Below are positions 10,045 to 19,500 of a DNA stretch of 64,000 nt, one piece after another. This stretch comes from Andalucia godoyi And28. Taxonomy: Eukaryota > Protista > Jakobida. The stretch is from NCBI GenBank assembly GCA_009859145.1, contig VRVR01000023.1:56814-120813 (forward strand), given 5' to 3'. Both the position numbers and the translations under genes were made by a program. Every line of letters starts with the position of its first letter. The stretch's first letter is position 1. Under the pieces are notes generated by a model. It made no database searches, was not told the DNA's origin, and saw nothing but the letters and a program-made list of their open reading frames with translations.

Positions 10045-12024
10045 ACAGTCCTTTCTGTTCGTCTGTCTATCTTTGCTCTTCTTTGACTGTCGTGTTATTT
10101 TTTACCGTACCCCCAAGTCCGTCCACAGTCCACCACGCTTCCCCACCCATCTCGTTCCTTAGTGTTGGGTGACATCGTGTGGGATGACGCTGACCGTGCT
10201 GCATGCATACACGTTGAAGAGGGCCAAGTAAAAATGAACAAACAGCATGAAAATCGAAACCAGCCGAGACTCGAGAGCCTGCGACCCCTCTTCAACGCTC
10301 CAGAGACCCCAGGTACCCCTCCGTCATTGGTCAACCACGTGCCTCAGCGGCTGTACACGCCCTAACTCGCCCTTCCCGCCATTTTCCACGTCACAACCTT
10401 TGCCTCAACTCTCAATTCCATGCAAACTCGTGTCTCTCAGAATTCCGCTTATTTTTCCTGCCATTCTTTCGATTATTTTATTTTTTATTAATTATTTATT
10501 TGTTGTTGTTGTTGTTGTTGTTGTTGTTTTTCCCCCTTTTTTTTTTCTAATTGAGAAAGGACTTGCAATTCTTGGCGGTTTTTTTCCTCGGCAACCAACA
10601 TCTGATCTGTTTTCTGTGTTCGTCGTTCTGCTCGTTCGTAAGACCGGTTTTCGCATAGTTCATGAAAGCTCTCGATGTTTCCGTTTTCTTCTAATTCTTC
10701 TCTCGTACTTCTTTCTCTCTTTTAATCTGCGATGCTGTTGTATTGTGTGCGCTGGACTTTCCCCCGGAGAGGATTGCTTTCGAAAGACGCAAGACTCTTC
10801 TCCTAACCCTAAGTTTCATGTTTTTGAGACCCCGTCGTGGTTTTTGCAATCTTTCTTTCTCTGGCTTTCCGCGCGGCTGTGTATTTTCAGGACCCGCGGG
10901 GGCCTTCTGCTGATGCGTGCTTTCTTTATTGCGAGACTGCGTCAAAGGGAGACACCGTGGTTTTTGGGAATGAATCAGAGTTCAACTAAAAAAGCTGGGA
11001 AAGATAAGAGACGGCGGACACGATCACCAAGCACTCGTGATGAAGGCAAGAAGAAGAAAAGGAGAAGGAGGAGGAGGCGGCGGGATACTTCCTGTTGGAG
11101 GTGCAGGTGGTTGGAAGCTGTTTTCGTGGATATTGTGTGGGTACCGGGTCTTCCGCATGTTGTGGATTGGCGCGGTGGATGACGGAAAATGTTCAGATGT
11201 GGTTGTTGTATGATGGAATTAATCGGGACCGTTTTGCAGTGCTCTTTGTTTGAGATCGCGGTTACAGTCCAGACAAAACCGTTTGATGTGCAGTGGTCGA
11301 CACTGTCGCTTGCATGGCACATGCTGTGTATTTCTCCGCTCTCTTGCATCGATGGCCTGGTGATTTCTTCCCCCACCTCCACTTCATCCACCTTCTCTCA
11401 GGTTTGGCATACTTGGTTTGTTTGTTTGGTTTGTTTGGTTTGTTTGGTTTGTTTTGTTTTGAATTTCCGCTTCTGTGGGTCTTTGGAAAGCTTGTGTGAG
11501 TCGGTGGCGCTAGGTGGGTGGACCGCTGCATCGGAACGCAACATTGGCGCCTCGGGTGTCGGTGGAGGGCTACGGCCCTGTCCGCTTCTGCTTGCGCGCG
11601 GTTTCACCAACCTGCTGCGGGTCTACAAGCAGGACACTTTGGCATGGAAAAGACGAAAGAAAGACAGGAAGTGTGATAGAGGGAGCGGTGGCGGGAGGGC
11701 ACAGGGGGTCTGTCGAGTGCATTGCGGGCAGAGAGGTGTGAGGCTGTGCGTTTTTGTTTTTTTTTAAATTTTTGCAAGTAAGTGATCGACTGAGCTGTGC
11801 ATGAATCGGTTGGTCGGATGTGCCCCGATGGCATTTGTCCTTTATCCACATTTTTTCCCCCATTGATTTGGGTTAATTCTTAACAGCACATATTATATGA
11901 CCACGACAAAACCAAAAACAAACAAACAACAACAAATAACGAGGAGACTTTTTCCGTGCGATCAAAGCAGATGCTGCGACTTGCTAGCACTATGATATCA
12001 CAAGGGGGTGATTATGCATAACCT

Positions 12025-12532
12025 TGCAACCCAAACGTCTGGTGGACGGCTGTGGATATCATCGGATAGTATGGCTGAAGGTGTGCAAGTCGAGGTCCAA
12101 TGAGAGACACTGTCGAATATTGACAATCGATGACTCCTCCGCCGCGGCCTTTCCCTCTCTGTGGCGCACACCATTGCCAATCAACAATCAATACAACATC
12201 CGCTCGATTGACAACAGAGAAGGAAAGAGAGAGAAAGAACCAGTGGATAGAATGCGGAATGGCAATAAAACGAAGCTCGTTGAAATCCCTAGTTTTTTCC
12301 TGGTTCCCAAAGTCCAAACGGTTTCGAACGAATGCACTAATTGATCAATTCGAGAGCTCTGGACGAAAACGTAGATTGATTTTGTTTGGAGGTGCGCAGA
12401 CCCACGGATGTCCCACTCAAAAGAGGAACGTCATCTTGATTGTAAAAGTCACTTTATGCCAAATAATCTGTCTGAGGCGCAGCGTTTCGAGCCGAATATT
12501 TGAAGAGAGGTTTGGGTTGGAGCGAAGTACTT
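12025..12532 (-). pseudogene. Decayed coding fragment, copy 1 of an unidentified dispersed sequence
   Basis: Blocks 12025-12132 and 12438-12532 align with 23897-24026 and 24041-24136; substitutions mostly synonymous in one minus-strand frame, with frameshifting indels. Confidence 0.55.
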
Positions 12533-13012
12533 GACCATCGCATGCCAGACATGAGGGCGAGGGAACAACCTTGAAGGAAATGCCGACCAGTCGGGGGTGC
12601 TGATTCGAATGCTGTCGTTCAACCACGGGGCGGGGCTACGCACAAACGCGTTGAACATTGCCGATCTTCAGCTAGGTTGCTGCGGCAATTCGGCAGTTTC
12701 GCAGCTGCGACATCATTCACGAGGGTTGAGTGGAGTGGCGTCTCCGTTCCGGCGTCAGTCGCCACCACATGGATTTTTCCTACAGCTCTGCTTGCACGCG
12801 TGATGCACCCGGAAGCAAAAAGTCGTCTTTTCCCAGCGGACGACACATGCAGCCGCAGTTCACAAGGGCAGCGGACGATCGCAGTGTTTTCTACGCGCAA
12901 ACGGCGCAGCCATCCCTTTTCTTTCTGGGTTTTCTCCTGCACTTCTTTCTTCTTCTCTTTCTACTGTTCTTTATTTTCTTTCGATTTCTCGATTGTTCTT
13001 TTGCTGCTTCTC

Positions 13013-15724
13013 ATGGGTTTTCGTGCGCCGTCACCGCTGCTACGTGTTGCTGCTCTGCTTGTGCTTGCACTCGCGATCACCTGCTCGGCAGCCGTGAACC
13101 GCGTGCCAGTCCATACCGCGACGAATCCGGAGACGAACATTGCGAGCCATCATGCACACTTCGGGGTCAACTCCCCGCATGTCACCGTGGCCAGTGCGCT
13201 GGACTGGGTGTCGGTGGGACGTGCGGACCCCAGTGCAAAACTGCAGCCATCCACCGGTGCCTCGGTTGTATTTTCCCTGAATCTCCAGAATATGGGTGTG
13301 GTCGAACGAGCAGTGAAGGACGTTTCAAACCCTTCGCATCCCAGCTATGGCCAGTACTGGAGCATGGAGGCTGTGGACAGCTTGGTTTCGCCTTCTTCTC
13401 AGGATGTTGAGAACGTTGTTTCTTTCATCCAGACGACCCTGGGGCTCGAGGATGCATCTCGAATTCAAAGAATCAGGAACGGACAGTTGGTTCTGCTGAA
13501 CGAGCCGACTGCGCAGGAGGTGGAGATGCTCTTCGCGATCCAGATGGAGTCGTACCAGCATGCGACACAGAGCTCGATGGTCATCGTCCGACCAGCGTCC
13601 GGCTCTCGCCCAACGCTTCCGGAAAGCGTTGCATCGTTGGTGTCGTTTGTTTCTGGATTCACAGAATTCGTGCACTTGTCGCATCTCCTGACGTCGGCCT
13701 CTATGAAAGCAAAGCAGTCTTCCTCTGCAGCGGCTTCCAAGGTCGGTGCTCCACGTCCTCCATTCCCTCCCCAGCATCCTCCAGTGTTCCATGCAGTTCC
13801 ATATCCGATGGACAAGTTCGCTGAGGGATGGGTGTTCAACATGGTCAGGACGGTTGTTTCCGGCGGAGACCTTGATCTGGAGCTGTTGATGCCGTGCTTC
13901 AACTCCTCGGGAACGTACATTGTGATGAGCACCACTCCTCACGACCCGTTCTTCTATCCCGGCGTCTGCGGAAACATCTCGGGCTTGTACGAGCCCACGT
14001 ACTTTGACATGGAGATTTGCGACACGCATCTGCAGGGGCGAAACCGAGACCACAGAGAGCGTGACCGGTTCCCCTGTGTCACCCACCGCTTCGACCGTTT
14101 CGAGCGTTCCGTGGTTGGAGAGTTCCCCATTGAAACTGCACGCATGCGGATTTTCGAGCCCTTCCTTCGTCCTGGAGGTACTTTTGCCGCTCGGTATGTC
14201 AATGCGACGCATGAGAGTGCGACGTTCAATGCCACGAAGCATTACGAGCACTTCATGACGCACATCCCGTTGGCCAGTGATCCCACTGCGCTGCATGACT
14301 ACTACCGCATGCCCCGTAACATGCGCATGTCGTTCCCGTGGCAGCTGAATCGCGATGTGGATCGCGAGGACTGGGAGAACCGCGAGGGGGTTCTTGTTGC
14401 GGAGTTTGCAGCGGAGAGTTACTCAGAGCGGGATCTGCACGAGTTTGTCCGTCTGCTGGGCGGCGAAAACCCCCAGATCCACAAGTTTGGAGATGGTAAC
14501 AACACGGAACACAGACACTTTGGCATTGGGGAAGGCTCGGCACATGTTCAAACCATGGTGGCCCTCGCACGTGGTCTGCGCCATTCGTTCTACTCGACTC
14601 TGAACTTTGATTACTTCAGCGGACTCGTGATCTACGCATCCTTAATCCCCACTTTCAAGCCGGTCAGCTACGTGCATACGATTGGTGTGGGTGCCTCGGA
14701 GCTCCTCTGGCATCCAGCATCGATGATGCAGCTCAACAATTACCTTCAGCAAGCCGCGCTCATGGGCTACACGGTGGTTGCTGGCGCAGGAGACGATGGA
14801 GTGATTGACTCGTTCTTCCCCAACCATCTGTGCAATTGCACCAACTGGTGCGTCAGCTTCCCGCTTACCTCGCCGTTTGTGTTGGGAGTCGGTGGCTCCA
14901 TGATTGTCAAGGGAGGCTCCTCGCTGCTGAACCTCCTGCAGGAGTCCGCAACACCCGACTTTGCCCCGATGTCCATTTCTTCTGCTTATGGTGGTCAGGT
15001 GGATTCTGCTGGAGGCTATTCCATGTTCCACATGAAGCCCGAGTATCAATGGGGCTTTGGCCACGAGTACGAGCGCTTCTTCCGCTTCCGCCACCCAACC
15101 ATGGAGCACAACGTTCACCGATTCAACAGGCAGGTTCCCGATCTTTCCATCACTGCCCAGTCCTACGCAACCGTCCTCTTTGAAGGCGTCCAATGGACCG
15201 GCGGCACCGGAAACTCTGCAACGGTCATGGCATCCATGCTTGCTCTTATGAACGATCGTCTTGTGAAAGCCGGAAAGCCCCGCGTTGGGTTTGTCAATCC
15301 CTTCCTCTATGAATCAGCTCGATCCTTCCCGGAAGCATTCGAAGACATCCGGGTGGGAATGAATCCTCAGACTCGTGCACTGGGAGTCCGTTGCTTCCGG
15401 TCCCACGAGGCCTTTGAGGGGTGGGACCCCGTCTCCGGGCTCGGTAGTCCCAACTTTGACTCCCTTCTGAGCATCCTCGTCAGCGGTGGTCTTCAGTCGA
15501 CCGCATACTCCTTTGCAGGCTCGGGCCCCGGCGTCGTGGGGCCCCAAGGATCACAAGGAAAGGACTGCGACAAGGCTCCGTATGCCGGCGCCAGCGTTGC
15601 CGCCATCATCTTTGCACTATTTGCAATGGCGATCTCTGGCGGAGCAATCTTCTTGGCAATGAAGAACGCCAAGAAGCCTGCCGCCACCGACGCTGCCTAC
15701 CTCCGCTACAACGAAGCGACATAA
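13013..15724 (+). CDS. Sedolisin (peptidase S53/TPP1-like) homolog with signal peptide, prodomain, insertion and C-terminal TM; probably non-catalytic, 903 aa
   Basis: Signal peptide MGFRAPSPLLRVAALLVLALAITCSA; prodomain VSNPSHPSYGQYWS; AGAGDDG; SPFVLGVGG; SAGGYS; RQVPDLS; GFVNPFLY; GWDPVSGLGSPNF; hydrophobic segment 15587-15661. Confidence 0.9.
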   Translation: MGFRAPSPLLRVAALLVLALAITCSAAVNRVPVHTATNPETNIASHHAHFGVNSPHVTVASALDWVSVGRADPSAKLQPSTGASVVFSLNLQNMGVVERAVKDVSNPSHPSYGQYWSMEAVDSLVSPSSQDVENVVSFIQTTLGLEDASRIQRIRNGQLVLLNEPTAQEVEMLFAIQMESYQHATQSSMVIVRPASGSRPTLPESVASLVSFVSGFTEFVHLSHLLTSASMKAKQSSSAAASKVGAPRPPFPPQHPPVFHAVPYPMDKFAEGWVFNMVRTVVSGGDLDLELLMPCFNSSGTYIVMSTTPHDPFFYPGVCGNISGLYEPTYFDMEICDTHLQGRNRDHRERDRFPCVTHRFDRFERSVVGEFPIETARMRIFEPFLRPGGTFAARYVNATHESATFNATKHYEHFMTHIPLASDPTALHDYYRMPRNMRMSFPWQLNRDVDREDWENREGVLVAEFAAESYSERDLHEFVRLLGGENPQIHKFGDGNNTEHRHFGIGEGSAHVQTMVALARGLRHSFYSTLNFDYFSGLVIYASLIPTFKPVSYVHTIGVGASELLWHPASMMQLNNYLQQAALMGYTVVAGAGDDGVIDSFFPNHLCNCTNWCVSFPLTSPFVLGVGGSMIVKGGSSLLNLLQESATPDFAPMSISSAYGGQVDSAGGYSMFHMKPEYQWGFGHEYERFFRFRHPTMEHNVHRFNRQVPDLSITAQSYATVLFEGVQWTGGTGNSATVMASMLALMNDRLVKAGKPRVGFVNPFLYESARSFPEAFEDIRVGMNPQTRALGVRCFRSHEAFEGWDPVSGLGSPNFDSLLSILVSGGLQSTAYSFAGSGPGVVGPQGSQGKDCDKAPYAGASVAAIIFALFAMAISGGAIFLAMKNAKKPAATDAAYLRYNEAT

Positions 15725-15958
15725 GTAAGCTTCATGTCTCGTACGATTGTCAAATAAAAACATTACAGCAATGCGTCGTGCACGGTTTATTTTTTTTTTC
15801 TTTTTTCGTCTGGGACCTGTCGTATGCCTATCACTAACGTGCATCTTTTCTCTCTATGTTTTGTCGAGCAGTGGTGTGTACCGAGTACGAATTGTTGCAA
15901 TGTGTTGGCGAGTATAACGAATCTTGACAGTACGTGGGGGAAGTTGAATTACTGTCCA

Positions 15959-16288
15959 ATGAGTGCTCCGGAGATTCTGCAGCCACGGTCCAAGTCGTTG
16001 TCAGATTTTGTCGCGGGAGTGTTCAAGCCTGGGATCCAGCCGGAGGCGCTGGCCTTCTTCGGGCTTGTTGCCGTCTCCGTTCTGGCCATTTGCCTGTTCC
16101 TTGTCAGCTCTGACCCTTCTAATCCGCACTACTATGTGCTCTCGTTCCTTGCTCTGGGCCTCGTGCTGTCGCTTGGCTGGTTTCTGCTGCAGCTGTTTGC
16201 CTCCCCGCATCCTAATACACCCAAGGTCGCGCCGGCTGGTCCCTCTTTAAGCAGGAAGGGGAAGCCCGCAGGAAGGAAAACATACTGA
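15959..16288 (+). CDS. PKR1: V-ATPase assembly factor Pkr1-family small membrane protein, 109 aa
   Basis: VFKPG followed by two TM helices separated by HYYVL, then S-GWF..QL and a basic tail, as in the Pkr1 family pattern. Confidence 0.7.
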   Translation: MSAPEILQPRSKSLSDFVAGVFKPGIQPEALAFFGLVAVSVLAICLFLVSSDPSNPHYYVLSFLALGLVLSLGWFLLQLFASPHPNTPKVAPAGPSLSRKGKPAGRKTY

Positions 16289-16531
16289 TCTCGAGAAGCA
16301 CATGCAAATCTGACAATGAGCGTTTTTTTTGTTATTTTATTATTATTATTATTATTATTTTCTTTTCTTTTCATGTTTGCAGAATACCTGCAGAAAGCAA
16401 GAAAGCAAGGTACGGAAAGGCCAGTGTCAGTGCGTATGTGTGCATGTGCATGTGTTGTTTACCTGTTGAGAATATGAATAAATTATAAGCTCTGCAGTGA
16501 GTGGGTCGGAGTGCTTGAGCAATCGCTGCGG

Positions 16532-19500
16532 TTAATTCGCGAGATCGAAAAAGAGCTTAGAACGGAGATCGCGGACTGGAAACGGGGCGATTCCTGTGGT
16601 TTGCATGGACGAAGAGATCCAGGAATCCAGAAACCGTTCTCGCGGGGACAGGGTAAGAATCGTGGTTTCTGGGTGCGGGCCAAAGATATCACCTCGCAAG
16701 ACAAGTGCCTTGCACATGCGGCACAGGACCGGTCGATATTGGTTGGAACGCTGAGACAAGGGAGGTACACCGTCGGTCGTCGTGCCGGAGAACGGCGCAT
16801 CTTGCGTAAGCGGTCCAAAGAACACAAGCGGACGAATTTCGGTGAGGAGGTCCGCAGCAGTGCACGACACACTCCCGTCGCGAGCAACGTGCGCATCCTT
16901 TGCAAGAACAACAACAAGTCCGCACTGGCACTGCAGCGCTCGCACACGCCGTGACCACGGAGCGTGGATGACGGTGCCCGAATGCATATGCGATACATAA
17001 GGAAACTCGCTTTCGATGGAGGGGACGATGTTCCGTTGACGAGCAAGCTCGAGCAAAGACTGATTGGCAAGCACAATCCGCTTCAGAGTTGCGATCTCAA
17101 TGACAGGGCGGCGCTGTTTAACATAGAGGAAGGCCTCGTAGAAAGAAACACGGCAGGCATGGACCAAGTACAAAACGACAAAAAGCGCTCCCCGTGACAG
17201 CCCCCGAGTGGAATATACAAGCACCTTGGCGCCCGCCACAAGAGACGCCTCCTTGCAGAACTGCACTGCGCGAAGAAAGGATTCTGCAGCGTCACGATGG
17301 TCTTCGATGGTATCAAACACTTCAAAAGTCGTGCAGTGCACCTTCGGAACAGGCCTGCCTGAAAAGTTGACAAGATGGGTAAATCCGTGATCCGTAAGGA
17401 AAGAATAGTCCAGTGCTTGAATGAGGGAACCAAGATGCAGATGACCCCAGACGTGACACGATTTCGATGAAACGATCACGACATCATCTCGTCTCCATCC
17501 GTGTGGATCCGGAGAAGAAGGGCGGTTTAGGCGCGGAATAAGCAACGACGCAGGATCCAATGGAGTTTTGGGAGAAATAGAACTCGGAGAGAGGCTCGGG
17601 GAAGGATCAGAGTCATCAGGAAGTGCTCGCGAACTGTGGCGTCGATGAGTGCCCAACAACCCCGAAGCACCATTGGACTCTCTCCGACGTGGAGTCAAGC
17701 GTTGGCGGGGAGTCAGAATTCGCGAAGAAACTGCGACGCGCTCTTGCAGCGTATCCATAATGTTTCTAAATTTCTGAGACAAATCTCGAACGGAAGGCCG
17801 TCTGAAGGGATCGCGAACCAGAACCCATTCAAGAAACTCGGCCAGTTCTGGACAGATTGCTTCCAACGCAGTTCGCTTCTGAGGAGATATGAGTTCTTCG
17901 TTTTCACTGGTCACTCGAATAAAGAACTGAATCCAATCTTCAGAATAGAACAAAAATTCGCCAGCGAGAAGCTCGTACAACAGACATGCAAGGGACCACA
18001 CGTCAGAAGCATAACTCGCACCAACTTGCTTGCGACGGTCATACGTGTTAGTCTCCTTCTTGGTCGACATACCAATCGTCAGCATCTCGGGTGACTTGAT
18101 GTACTCTGTCCCTCGATTTCTCGTCGTGTGCGGATCGCGACCCTCTGCCAAAATTGACTCTCCAAAATCCGAGACCACAATCGAGTACGGAAACTCCGGA
18201 CTCACCGACTGCGAAGCGGAAGCCATCTCACTTGGATGCAAATCCAATAACAAGTTGTCCGCCTTGACATCGAAATGTACCACGTGCTGTGCGTGCAAGT
18301 CTTCGAAGGTGCAGAGAATGGAAGAGAAAATTCGACATACCAACAGAACGTCGTCCATGTTCTTCACTGACCGGCCCAGTCTCCATTCCCGCAATGTGCA
18401 AGAATACAATTTCATCACGCAATAGTAGTTGTCTCTATCAATTCCATAGTCGTACAAATGGGCAACTCGCGGATCTGAACGATATCTTTCAAGGATCAAA
18501 ATTTCCGTAAATATGTCCTGCAGAGTGTTGCGATCATAGATCGAGCGAGGCACCGGGGTGACCTTCAAAGCGACATCTTGCTCAATTCCCCCCGGCATGG
18601 AGACTTTGCACTTCCACACAGACCCATACGCTCCTTGACCAATTTTCATCCGATCGTGGTAAAGAGAAGGCTCAAACAATTTGCGGCACGTAAGCTTCCA
18701 CAGGATACGGATACCCGCGTTCGCATCGTTGCGCGAGTGATCCATGACCGCCTCGGTAACCGGGATGAGAATGTGCTGATTCGCATCATGATTTGCATGG
18801 AGCGTCAACAGGAACGGAGTGTTCAGACGTCGCGACAGCTCCGCAGATGTGTACGAAACATACAGGGGGTCGAGTGTATGATGGGGCGTGACTAGCAATG
18901 AGAGAATCAGCAGAATCATTCTCGAATGGAGCTCGGGATAGTGATAAATGGGGCGATATGCCTGCTCCGCGACGTAGCGTTCGTAAACTTCTGCGATTGC
19001 CTGCTCGGCAGCATCGTCTGCGTCGGTAACAATTGTTTCCACTGCAAGTGCGGAGGAAAATGATAGGCTCTTGTTGCGGGAACCAAGCCTTTGGTGCGCA
19101 GAGTGGTGCACAAACAGCCCTTCGTTTTGTTCTTTTGGCTGCTCATGCTGCAAGACTGTTTGCATTTTGAATCCGCCTTCTTGCATTCTGCGCTCCATGG
19201 AAGTCAGTGCTCCAAAAGATTGGCCCTTCAGGCCCTTCGTGATATCACCCTGCTCGCCTGCCTCCAAATCTGCATCAATCTCCGTAATAGAACGATGAAG
19301 AGAATCCAGACGAGACAGCGGCAACTTCAAGGATCCAACACGTGGATGTACAACAGCAGAGGTCAGAGTTGATACGCTTGGCTTGTTGTGTGGTTTCTCA
19401 GGGGAGGACGAACGCGGTAAATCCGGTAATGAGGCTTCTGAGTCACAGAAACTGCTGTCATGCGACTCGGAAAACGAAGATCTGCTCCGTCCACCATCAC

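Noticed and set aside
10247-11182. 311-aa ORF in the ORF track
   Set aside because: Mostly translation of T-rich non-coding sequence (poly-F/V/L); no family motif; only the last 89 codons are kept as a weak candidate
12037-12123. In-frame TGA codons conserved in both copies of the duplicated fragment on the plus strand (VWWTA.DIIG.YG*RC...EY*), suggesting selenocysteine or TGA=Trp recoding
   Set aside because: The third-position bias is equally explained by the mirror minus-strand frame, which has no stops in that block. All intact genes use the standard code, and no SECIS-like structure was seen.
12238-12270. FIAIPHSIHWF resembling the Ulp1/C48 protease His motif
   Set aside because: No matching Asp or Q-x4-DCG catalytic motif nearby; too short to support
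12376-12393. LILFGG kelch-like motif on the plus strand
   Set aside because: Single short motif on the strand opposite the frame favoured by synonymous changes
12677-13012. N-terminal extensions given by the ORF track from TTG/GTG/CTG starts (also 5307, 15824, 23320, 26898, 31406, 33408, 38683, 48731, 54084, 60110)
   Set aside because: They translate pyrimidine- or A-rich leaders; homology or signal peptides begin at the downstream ATGs used here
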